DNA of 64,000 nucleotides, taken from Candidatus Krumholzibacteriota bacterium (lineage in GTDB: Bacteria > Krumholzibacteriota > Krumholzibacteriia > JAJRXK01). Made by a program: the position numbers and the translations under genes. The stretch is from NCBI GenBank assembly GCA_963764625.1, contig CAVXTH010000006.1, positions 96,001 through 160,000 of the forward strand, given 5' to 3'. The notes beneath the pieces were generated by a model that saw only the letters and a list, made by a program, of their open reading frames with translations, did not search any database and was not told where the DNA came from. This document shows, piece after piece, positions 50,849 to 59,944 of the stretch (the first letter of the stretch is position 1; every line of letters begins with the position of its first letter).

Positions 50849-52876
50849 ATGAACGCTCTCTCACTCATGGCCGCTCTCCTGCTGTTGAGTGTGGGCCTTC
50901 GTGTCGCCCGGGCGGACGACGAGCTCGACTATGGGCTCGAACAGAGACTGGTCGCCTCGATCACCATCGACGGCGCGGAGAGTTTCGAGGACAGCCGCAT
51001 CAAGGACCTCCTGCCCTTCGGCGAACCGCACTGGTACATGCTCCTGAGCTCTCCTCACTACACCGAGGATCTCCTGCTGCTCGGTGTCGATGCCGTGCGC
51101 AGCTTCTATCGCGCGCAGGGGTTTCACTCCGTCACCGTGGATGGCGAAGCGACGGACCGTGATTCGCGCCACGGTGACAAGATCGCGATTCACATCGTGG
51201 AAGGCCCGCGAACGCTCATCTCCAGCATTCGATTCACTGGCAATTCGCCACTGGACGAAGACGAGCTGAGCTCGCGCCTGGTGCATCCAGCCGGTAGCCC
51301 GGCGCCCTTCGTGAAGTCCGCCTACGGTCGCGACGTCTACGCGCTGCGCTCGGCGCACTTGGCCCGAGGCTTTCTCGGCACCAAGATCCAGTTCGACATG
51401 GACGAAAACGAAGATAAGGTCGCACTCACCTTCCACATCGATACCGGGCCCGCCTACCACATCGAGCGAATCGACGTGGAGGGGAACAGAGAGGTGAGGG
51501 GAGAGCTGATTCGCCGCGAGTTCCGGTTTGCGCCGGGCGACATCTTCGATCTGGAGAAGATCGTGCGAACTGAATCGGATTTGCTGGAAACCGGGTGGTT
51601 TCGCGACGTCGGGTTCACTCCGGTCGACTTGGACACTCTGGCCAGCACCTGTGCCCTGAACCTTCACGTGGTGGAAAGGAACAGCGGCTACTACGAAGTC
51701 GGTGTCGGCGCGGGCGACAATTCTCAACTCAGGCTCACCGCCGCCTGGGGTGACCGGAATTTCTTCCGCAGCGGCAAGGGGCTCAACGCGAGAGTTCGGC
51801 TCCTGTGGGGTCTGGAGGACATACTCGACATCGACCGGCGCATCGTATTCGACCACCGGGAAGAGCTCAACTACGTGCACCGAAGGCTCTTCGGAAGCCG
51901 CTACACGATGACGCTCAGCGGCTTCTTCGACCGGCAGAGCAGAGGCTCCTCGGGAGTCGCGGTGGAGAAACTGGGTCTGCTGGGGAGCACGACCCTGTGG
52001 CGGTACCGGGCACGCAGTCTCGAGCTGGAGCTCTCCCACGAACGCGTACGCAAAGTCCTGCTGTCGCAGGTGAAGGATCTGAGCCCCGCGGACGGAGTTC
52101 TCCCGCAGGTCCAGACCGGGAATTCCACCACGAATTCAGTTCTTCTGCTCTACACCCGGGACACCCGCAACAGTCTGTTCGAGCCCAGCGATGGAAGTCT
52201 GCGTCAGATTCTATGGCAGACCGCCGGTGGCCCCGTCTTCGCCGGCGACAACTCCTTCCACAAAGCGGTCGCCACCTGGGCCGGATTTTTCGGCCATGAA
52301 GACGGAAGCGTGCTGGCCCTGCGCATGCAGGCGGGCTGGGCCACGCCATGGTACAAGAGCGGCGGCAAAGGGGTCCTCGGCGTTCCTTTGGAAAACCGGT
52401 TCTTCGCCGGCGGTCAGCGCAGCGTACGCGGCTATCGGGAAAACAGTCTGGGGCCCAGGCTCACGCAGCAGGACCAAGAACTGGTCCTGGACGATCGCTT
52501 TCTTCTGAATCACCCGGCCGCGGGCGGAGAAGCATTGCTGGTGCTCAACGCGGAGCTGCGATTGCCCTTCCCTCTGCTTTCGCGTTGGGGCTTCGGACTG
52601 ATCCTCTTTGCCGACGGTGGAAACGTCTGGGAAGACTGGTCGAAGGTGAAGTGGAAGGATTTTCGTCTCGCCTCCGATCCCGAGGGCAGCAGCCCCACCA
52701 CGATCTACGACTTTCGCACTGGAGTGGGATTCGGTTTCTTGTATCACACACCGGTCGGTCCGCTTCGTCTGGAATACGGCCTTCCGCAAAAGCGGGTCAA
52801 ACTGGTCGGCGAAGATGGGTCCACCGAGATCGACCCGCAGCATATCTGGCACTTCAGTCTAGGATTCGCGTTCTAA
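50849..52876 (+). CDS. tamA: Omp85-family outer membrane protein, TamA-like (three POTRA domains + barrel)
   Basis: Signal peptide, POTRA repeats ('I.F.GN', 'I.VEGN'), FFAGG..SVRGY, TPVGPLRL, C-terminal FSLGFAF; followed by TamB. Confidence 0.8.
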   Translation: MNALSLMAALLLLSVGLRVARADDELDYGLEQRLVASITIDGAESFEDSRIKDLLPFGEPHWYMLLSSPHYTEDLLLLGVDAVRSFYRAQGFHSVTVDGEATDRDSRHGDKIAIHIVEGPRTLISSIRFTGNSPLDEDELSSRLVHPAGSPAPFVKSAYGRDVYALRSAHLARGFLGTKIQFDMDENEDKVALTFHIDTGPAYHIERIDVEGNREVRGELIRREFRFAPGDIFDLEKIVRTESDLLETGWFRDVGFTPVDLDTLASTCALNLHVVERNSGYYEVGVGAGDNSQLRLTAAWGDRNFFRSGKGLNARVRLLWGLEDILDIDRRIVFDHREELNYVHRRLFGSRYTMTLSGFFDRQSRGSSGVAVEKLGLLGSTTLWRYRARSLELELSHERVRKVLLSQVKDLSPADGVLPQVQTGNSTTNSVLLLYTRDTRNSLFEPSDGSLRQILWQTAGGPVFAGDNSFHKAVATWAGFFGHEDGSVLALRMQAGWATPWYKSGGKGVLGVPLENRFFAGGQRSVRGYRENSLGPRLTQQDQELVLDDRFLLNHPAAGGEALLVLNAELRLPFPLLSRWGFGLILFADGGNVWEDWSKVKWKDFRLASDPEGSSPTTIYDFRTGVGFGFLYHTPVGPLRLEYGLPQKRVKLVGEDGSTEIDPQHIWHFSLGFAF

Positions 52877-52880
52877 GACC

Positions 52881-55800
52881 ATGTGGGTGAAGACGACACG
52901 GATCACTCTCCTCGTGGCGCTGTTGATCGCGGTGACGGTATTGTCATGGCTGGCCGCGCACCCCAGGCTCTACGCTGGCCACGTTTCCCGGGTCATCACC
53001 CAGAATCTCCTTGGTCAGACCGGCGCCTCCTTTCGCTACGAAAGCCTCGAGGGGAACGTCCTGGGGGGGGACCTACGTCTTTTCGGCGTCGACCTGAGCT
53101 GGCAGGGGTTGGACGGTAGCTTCGCCTACCTGCGGGCGGACACGCTGGAGGTTTCGTACGACCTGACCGATCTGTTCAAGGGCCGCGTGCACTTGTACCG
53201 TCTGGCCATGTTGTCGGCTCATGGCATGATTCGGCGTCGCGAGTTGAGCGAGCCGATGCAGAAGCACCAGCGTTCCGGTCCCGGTTTCCCCACCCTTGCC
53301 ATCGAAGAGGGAATTCTGCGTGGACTCGAACTCCGCATCATCCAAAGCGATGGCACCGAAGACCGACTTGAAAACCTGAGCTGGTGGGGGAGCGTGCGGA
53401 CACGGGACAAGAAACTCGTAGTGGATACCCGTGCGCTCGGCGGGGGCTGGCCCCAGAGGAACCTGTACCTGAAGTCGGTGTGGGGACGCACAGAGGTTTC
53501 CTCGACCGGTATCATGGTGGCGAATCTACGCGTCGCTTCCGACTCCACCCGAGTTCAACTCAACGGAACCTGGAATAAAGAGGATGGTCTCGATGTGCAA
53601 GTCGAGGCGGAGAGCTTGTGTCTGAGTGAGTTCCTGGAAGCTCTGGGGAAGCCTAGTCCGATCCTGGCGGACTTCGCGGGAACTGCGAGGGTCGAAGGTT
53701 TCTCCCCCTTCGAGCTGAGCGGCAAGCTCTCCGGAGTGATCGACCACTACACCTTTTCCGACACCGATTTCGCCCTTACGGTCGATGGATCGGATCTACA
53801 GCTCAGCCGAGCGAGCGGCCTCATCTTCGGTTCCCCGGCCAAGCTGCATGGCACCGTCGATACCAGTACCGGCGACCTATACCTGAGCGGTGAAGTCGAA
53901 AACCTCGACTTGAGCCAACCCTGGACCATCGATGACACCCAATGGCCGAGCTCGGACCTGAGCGGGGACATCGATCTGAGCGTCGCGACGAAGGCTCCGG
54001 TGCGTGTCGACCTGAAGGCCAGCGGGGTAAGAGGGCGAATCGAGGAGCTGCCGGTTGACTCCCTGAGCGGCCGGGTCCATTTCCAAGAGGAGCACGGCAC
54101 GCGGTTCGAGGGAATTCGTGTCCTCACTCACGGCACCTGGATCGCGGGTTCCGCCACTCTCGACTCGCTCAACGTCCTGGATTTTCCCTTTACCGCCCGT
54201 GCTAATGATCTCTCCTCCTGGCGCACCGCCTACCAGCTCCCCTGGGACCATGCGGGGAGCCTGCAGGCCACAGGTACGTTCTTCGGACCCATCGACGCGC
54301 CCACCCTTCAGATCGATGGCGCGCTCGACTCCCTCTCTGGCTTTCGTATGCAGGCAAACAAGCTGCATGGGAGCTTCAAGATCAGCCCCTGGAACGATCT
54401 CGAGACCGTCGACGGACAGATCGAGGCGGCTGATTTCTTCATTGGGGGCGTACGTCTGGGAACCCTGAGGAGCCAATTTCAGCGCCGCTTTCCGATCGTC
54501 GAGGTGCCGCAGCTCGAAGTGGCCGACGGAGATTCCATCCTGAGCTTGAAGGGGAAGGTGGAGGAGAAAGGGAACCGCGCGCTTGTTTCGATCGAGTCGG
54601 CGAGCTTCGACCTGGGCCCGCGGAAATGGACCCTGGCCGAGCCGGGTGAACTCGAGCTCGGAAAGGGCTGGGTGCGCAGCCACGGGCTGAGTGTCCGCTC
54701 CGCCTCGGGAGGCTGGACGGTTCGTGGGGGGGTGGACAGCCTGGGAGTCATGGATCTCCGCGTCGATCTGATGGAGGGCGATCTGGAACTCCTTCCCCAT
54801 CTGGGCCTGGGACCGAGCGATCTGGAGGGCACACTCAACGGCCGCGTGATCGTGGGAGGAAAGCGCGAGAATCCCGAGCTGCACATCGACCTTCGCGGGA
54901 ACCAGCTCAGAGGGTTCGGGCGGCGCCTCGATCGCCTGCGGCTTCTCACTTCCATTTACGGTTCGAAAGTCTCGGTGGATTCGCTTCAGGTGCATTCTCC
55001 GCAGGGGAATCTCTCCCTCACCGGTTCGCTCGATCTGCTACGCGACGACGCGTTGCATTGGCTGGCCAAGCACCCCAAGAGCTGGCGCGAATTCCTGGCC
55101 CCGGCACAACCAAATCTGCAGCTTTCGTGTCAAGATCTGAACAGCCGTTACTGGATGGATCCTCAGGCCAAGGACGAGGATTTCGGCCGTGCCACGGCGG
55201 GACTCTCGATTCGAGGAACGCTCCAGAAGCCGCTAATCCAGGGCGAAACCGAAATCGCCAATCTGGTCACCGGCGGAGGTTCGCTCGTTTTTCCCGCCCT
55301 CCGGTCCCGGGTCGAGTCAGATGGGGAGGATTTGAAGCTCAGCCAGGGAATCATCCTCACCCCGGATCCCTGGCTCCGTTTCAGCGCGAGTCTTCCGCTG
55401 AAACTCTCGGCTGTCGAGGCGCCACAGTGGGGTGGCTCGAAGGGAGCCGAGGTGGAATTGACCTCCGACGGCGAGGTGGAGTTACGGCGCTTGGGGCCCA
55501 TCCTGCCCATGTTGAGCGAGATTTCCGGAAAGGCGGAGCTGCTGTATCGCGCACGCGGTTCGATGGATCATCCCAAGATCGAGGGTTACCTGCGGGTGCA
55601 CGACGGCATCGCGCAGTTGGAAGGCAGCCTAGAGCGGCTTCGCGATGTCGAGATCGATGCTCCCATTCAAGACGGAGTGATGCAAATCCAGAAATTCACC
55701 GCGCGAGAAGGCTTGAAAGGTACGGTGAACGCGACGGGAGAGGTCGACTTCGACGGACTTCTTCCCGATGACATTCAGATGGACATCTCCGCCGATCGAT

Positions 55801-56747
55801 TCCTCTTCGCATCCATCCTCCACCTTCGCGCCCTGCTGCGCAGCGACGATCTCCACATGAGCCTCAAGAGACCGGCGCCCCATCTCGCTCGCAGGCCTTA
55901 TTTCAGCGGGACGATCGACGTCATCAGGGCCCGCTACACCGGAGAATTCGACAACAAGGCCGGGGGAGAGGCGCTCGGCGCAACGACCACCCCTTCGTGG
56001 CTCGCCAATCTCCACCTTCGGGCGCCGCGCACCGCGAGAGTGCAGAATCGCACTGCTGAACTGCTGCTCGACGGTGACGGTGATCTGGTGCGCGATCTCG
56101 ACGGTCTGCACTTCTACGGGCAAGTCGAGATCCCCCAAGGGCGCGTACCCATCTTCAACAACGACTTCAACATAGAGCGGGGGACCCTCGACTACAGCCG
56201 GGCCCGCGGTCTGGTCCCTTCGGTCGACATCGTGGCCAAGACCCGGGTGCGAGATTTTCGTTACGAGGGGAGTACTAGCGCGGAGTTGGAGGAGATCACC
56301 GTATATTTGACCGGGACGTTCACGAACTTGCACACGCGTTTCGAGAGCGCGAGCGGCTACGATGAGGAGCGCATCATCCGGCTCTTGGCCGGGATCAGCG
56401 AACAGCCGGGAGGCAGTGCGTTGGCCGATACCGGATTCAAGGCCGGTTTGAACTTCATCGAGAGGTCGATCGCGGCGGAGATCCACGGGATCGACACCCT
56501 GGACATCGAGACGGAATCGGCCTCGATCTCCGAAGCGCAGCGGATGCGGGTGGCGGTGGGGAAATATCTATCCCCCGATCTCTATCTCCGGTACAGCCAG
56601 GGTGTTTCCATCACGGAGCGGGCTTTGTTTCTTGAGTACCAGATGAACCGTCGCTTGCGACTCTCTTCGGAGTTCGGTACCGGTCTGCAGAGCGGGGCTC
56701 CGACGACTACCTTCAACGTGGACTTGAAGTACCGGGTCGAGTACTGA
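52881..56747 (+). CDS. tamB: TamB/AsmA-like translocation and assembly module protein
   Basis: N-terminal anchor, long beta-taco-like region, C-terminal 'VGKYLSPDLYLRY' TamB motif. Confidence 0.82.
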   Translation: MWVKTTRITLLVALLIAVTVLSWLAAHPRLYAGHVSRVITQNLLGQTGASFRYESLEGNVLGGDLRLFGVDLSWQGLDGSFAYLRADTLEVSYDLTDLFKGRVHLYRLAMLSAHGMIRRRELSEPMQKHQRSGPGFPTLAIEEGILRGLELRIIQSDGTEDRLENLSWWGSVRTRDKKLVVDTRALGGGWPQRNLYLKSVWGRTEVSSTGIMVANLRVASDSTRVQLNGTWNKEDGLDVQVEAESLCLSEFLEALGKPSPILADFAGTARVEGFSPFELSGKLSGVIDHYTFSDTDFALTVDGSDLQLSRASGLIFGSPAKLHGTVDTSTGDLYLSGEVENLDLSQPWTIDDTQWPSSDLSGDIDLSVATKAPVRVDLKASGVRGRIEELPVDSLSGRVHFQEEHGTRFEGIRVLTHGTWIAGSATLDSLNVLDFPFTARANDLSSWRTAYQLPWDHAGSLQATGTFFGPIDAPTLQIDGALDSLSGFRMQANKLHGSFKISPWNDLETVDGQIEAADFFIGGVRLGTLRSQFQRRFPIVEVPQLEVADGDSILSLKGKVEEKGNRALVSIESASFDLGPRKWTLAEPGELELGKGWVRSHGLSVRSASGGWTVRGGVDSLGVMDLRVDLMEGDLELLPHLGLGPSDLEGTLNGRVIVGGKRENPELHIDLRGNQLRGFGRRLDRLRLLTSIYGSKVSVDSLQVHSPQGNLSLTGSLDLLRDDALHWLAKHPKSWREFLAPAQPNLQLSCQDLNSRYWMDPQAKDEDFGRATAGLSIRGTLQKPLIQGETEIANLVTGGGSLVFPALRSRVESDGEDLKLSQGIILTPDPWLRFSASLPLKLSAVEAPQWGGSKGAEVELTSDGEVELRRLGPILPMLSEISGKAELLYRARGSMDHPKIEGYLRVHDGIAQLEGSLERLRDVEIDAPIQDGVMQIQKFTAREGLKGTVNATGEVDFDGLLPDDIQMDISADRFLFASILHLRALLRSDDLHMSLKRPAPHLARRPYFSGTIDVIRARYTGEFDNKAGGEALGATTTPSWLANLHLRAPRTARVQNRTAELLLDGDGDLVRDLDGLHFYGQVEIPQGRVPIFNNDFNIERGTLDYSRARGLVPSVDIVAKTRVRDFRYEGSTSAELEEITVYLTGTFTNLHTRFESASGYDEERIIRLLAGISEQPGGSALADTGFKAGLNFIERSIAAEIHGIDTLDIETESASISEAQRMRVAVGKYLSPDLYLRYSQGVSITERALFLEYQMNRRLRLSSEFGTGLQSGAPTTTFNVDLKYRVEY

Positions 56748-56780
56748 TGAGCAGACACCCCTTCAGGATTCCTCGATAGA

Positions 56781-59700
56781 ATGAGAACGCATATTCGTTC
56801 GGCAATTAAGGTCATGCTGGCTTCGGCCGGACTGCTCGCGCTCCTTTCGGGCGCCGCCCTCGCGCGCAACAAAGTGCAATACGACAACTTCCACTGGCAG
56901 GTTCTGAGTACCCCGCACTTCGAGATCTTCTTCTACAAGGGAGAGGAGACTCTGGCCGCGAGGGCCTCGGTCATCGCCGAAGATGCCTACGTCCGGCTCA
57001 GTGGGGTCTTCAAGCACGATTTCCAAAAGCAAATCCCCTTCATCCTCTATGCATCCCCCAACGACTTTCAACAGACCAACATCAGCGACGAGCTCATCGG
57101 CGAATCCACCGGAGGCTTCTCCGAGCCGCTCCGCAATCGCGTGGTGCTTCCCTATCCCGGCGACAACGAGGCGTTCGTGCACGTGATCAACCACGAGCTG
57201 GTTCACGTCTTCATGTTCGATCTGGCCTACAAGAGCACCGCCTCGGGTGCCGCGCGCCGTGCCCTCTTTCCGATCGACCTCTGGTTTGCCGAGGGAGCGG
57301 CCGAGTATTTCTCTACTGCGGACGGATGGGACAAGACCACCGACATGTGGATGCGCGATGCGACCATCTACGACTGGATCGCTCCGCTGGACAAGATCTA
57401 CTCCGGCTATCAGGTCTACCGGGAAGGGCAGGCGGCGCTGCGCTACTTGGGCTTGACCTACGGCCACGAAAAAGTCGTCGAGTTCTTCAAGGAGGTGGGG
57501 AAGGTACGCAACGTGGACCGGGCGCTGGAGATGAGCATTGGGCTCAACACGAAGGATTTCTCGGCCGAATGGGAGAAGTGGCTCAAGCACAGCTACTGGC
57601 CCGTCTATCAGGACAAGAAAGAGGCCTCGAGAATCGGCCGCCGCATGACCGACCACGCGAAGGATCACTACTATTTCGCGCAACAGCCGGCGATCTCGCC
57701 CGACGGAAATGTCATCGCCTTTTTCAGCGATCGAGAGGGCTTCGTGAAGCTCTTTCTGATGGACGTGGCCGACAAGACCATTCTCTCCACTCTGGCCACC
57801 GGGTACCGCAGCGACCGTTTCCTGAGTTTTCATTCCTACGACAGCGGAATCAGCTTCGATCCCCAAGGTCACCGTCTGGCGGTGGTGGCCAAGAGTGGGG
57901 GGCGTGAAACTCTCTACATCCTACGCGTGCCAGACGGCAAGATCCTCCAGCACATCAAACTTCCAGTGGACATCGCGCGGAGTCCGTCCTGGTCACCCAC
58001 AGAGAACCAGGTCGTGGTGGTGGGAAGTAAGGATGGCAACACCGATCTCTTGCTGGTGGACTTGAAGACGGAAGCGGTCACGAAGCTCACACGGGACCTC
58101 TCCAGCGAGTTCTCTCCTTCGTGGATGCCCGACGGCAAGAGCATCGTCTACTCCGCCTCTCCCAATCCGGTGATCGATGTCGGAATTCAAAAGGACACCG
58201 ATGGAGGGGAGCGCATGACGAGGGTGGATTTCTCCAACACCCAAAACGTCGAGCAAATGGAAACCAGCCGTGACCTCTATCTCTTGGACCTCAAGACCGC
58301 TAAGAGAAGCAGGCTTCTGTCCACTCCAGGGGACGACTCGGCGCCGGTCGCGGTGGATGACGAAAGCGTCGTCTTCGTGAGTGATGCGAGCGGAATTTCC
58401 AATCTCTATCACTACAATCTGCGGACGAAGGAGCTGCATCGTTTCACCGACGTGCTGACGGGCATTTTCCAGCCTTCCCTCAGCCGCCAGGCAGGCCGTC
58501 TGGCCTTCACCGCATTTTCCAACGGCGGTTACGACATTTTCGAACTGGAGAATCTCTCGCAGTATGTGAAGGAACACTCCTATCCCGACCCGGTGCCGCC
58601 GCCGCCGGTGGACGAAGACCGGCTGAGTCTTGCTGCGAACACCGAGCCGGATAGTACGGCCACCAACCCTCCTTTGACGGTGAGAGACCTACTCTCTGGC
58701 GAATCGGTTCCCGCCGAGGAGCCCGAAGCGCCGGCGCCACAAGAGCCCGAGGGCACAAAGGAGAACGGAGGCGAGGAAAAGCCGGCGAATCTTGGGGACA
58801 AACCGGCGGGGACGATCACCAAGTACAAGCCGCGTTTCAGCCTCGATCCCCTGGGGAGTGGGAGCATCGGCGGAGTCTACTACTCCTCCGGGCTTGGACT
58901 CGGCTTCGCCAACATCATCAGTCTGAGCGACCTTTTGGGGAACCACCGCATCCAGTTTTTGGTGAACTTCTACGGTTCGCTCAAAGACAGCGACCTGGCC
59001 GCGAGCTACTACTATCTGAAACGGCGGGTGAATCTCGGCTTCGGCGTATTCCACTACAAGAATTTCTTCAACAGCAACTTCACCACTCTCGGGGAAGTCT
59101 TCGATCGGAGCCGGCTCTTCAGCGAGCGAAACTACGGGTTCTTCGGGCTGGCCAGCCGACCGTTCTCCACCTTCAACCGTCTTGATTTCGAGGTGCAGGC
59201 CTTCGTGGCGGATCGAACTTTCTACGAATTGGATACGTTGAGCGGCTACTATTTCGAGACCTCGCATACCAAGGCGCAACTCATCCAACCCAGCCTCTCC
59301 CTCATCCACGATTCGGCGTTCTACGGACCCAATGGCCCGCTCACTGGCAGCCGTTGGACTCTCAATTTCTCGCCCGCCTTGCCAATCGGGCGCGATGGCC
59401 TCGATCGGGTGACCGGCTTCGGGGACTATCGCAAGTACATTCACTTCGGCCGGGGCAACGCCATCGCGACTCGGTTCACCGGGGCCTACAGCAACGGCAG
59501 CGATCCCAACGCCTTCGTGCTCGGGGGGCCCTACACCCTCAGGGGCTGGGATACCTTCGACTTCGAGAAGAGCGTAGAGGGCGATGATCCCCTCTACCAG
59601 AATCTCGTGGGTCGCAAGATGCTGCTCATGAACCTCGAATATCGTTTCCCCGCGATCGACGCGGTGTTCTTCGGATGGCCGGGACGGTTCGGTATCGGCG

Positions 59701-59936
59701 GAATTGGAGGGGTGGCCTTCTTCGACTTGGGCAGCGCGTTCGGCTCCGCCTTCAAACCCTTCGGGAAGACCGGTAACGGGAATTTCCGCTTCCAGGACTT
59801 CAAGGCCGACTATGGGCTTGGAATGCGCGTGAACTTCCTCGGCCTCCCCTTCAAGTTCGATTGGGCATGGAAGACTGACTTCGCCCGCACCTATGGAAAC
59901 ATGCAGTTCACCTTCTCGATAGGACCGGAGTTTTAG
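56781..59936 (+). CDS. Zinc peptidase (HExxH) - TolB/PD40 propeller - Omp85-type barrel fusion
   Basis: HELVH and WFAEGAAEY; PAISPDG/PSWSP/PSWMPDG repeats; P/E-rich linker; GGPYTLRGW and C-terminal FTFSIGPEF. Confidence 0.8.
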   Translation: MRTHIRSAIKVMLASAGLLALLSGAALARNKVQYDNFHWQVLSTPHFEIFFYKGEETLAARASVIAEDAYVRLSGVFKHDFQKQIPFILYASPNDFQQTNISDELIGESTGGFSEPLRNRVVLPYPGDNEAFVHVINHELVHVFMFDLAYKSTASGAARRALFPIDLWFAEGAAEYFSTADGWDKTTDMWMRDATIYDWIAPLDKIYSGYQVYREGQAALRYLGLTYGHEKVVEFFKEVGKVRNVDRALEMSIGLNTKDFSAEWEKWLKHSYWPVYQDKKEASRIGRRMTDHAKDHYYFAQQPAISPDGNVIAFFSDREGFVKLFLMDVADKTILSTLATGYRSDRFLSFHSYDSGISFDPQGHRLAVVAKSGGRETLYILRVPDGKILQHIKLPVDIARSPSWSPTENQVVVVGSKDGNTDLLLVDLKTEAVTKLTRDLSSEFSPSWMPDGKSIVYSASPNPVIDVGIQKDTDGGERMTRVDFSNTQNVEQMETSRDLYLLDLKTAKRSRLLSTPGDDSAPVAVDDESVVFVSDASGISNLYHYNLRTKELHRFTDVLTGIFQPSLSRQAGRLAFTAFSNGGYDIFELENLSQYVKEHSYPDPVPPPPVDEDRLSLAANTEPDSTATNPPLTVRDLLSGESVPAEEPEAPAPQEPEGTKENGGEEKPANLGDKPAGTITKYKPRFSLDPLGSGSIGGVYYSSGLGLGFANIISLSDLLGNHRIQFLVNFYGSLKDSDLAASYYYLKRRVNLGFGVFHYKNFFNSNFTTLGEVFDRSRLFSERNYGFFGLASRPFSTFNRLDFEVQAFVADRTFYELDTLSGYYFETSHTKAQLIQPSLSLIHDSAFYGPNGPLTGSRWTLNFSPALPIGRDGLDRVTGFGDYRKYIHFGRGNAIATRFTGAYSNGSDPNAFVLGGPYTLRGWDTFDFEKSVEGDDPLYQNLVGRKMLLMNLEYRFPAIDAVFFGWPGRFGIGGIGGVAFFDLGSAFGSAFKPFGKTGNGNFRFQDFKADYGLGMRVNFLGLPFKFDWAWKTDFARTYGNMQFTFSIGPEF

Positions 59937-59944
59937 TCCTTCCG

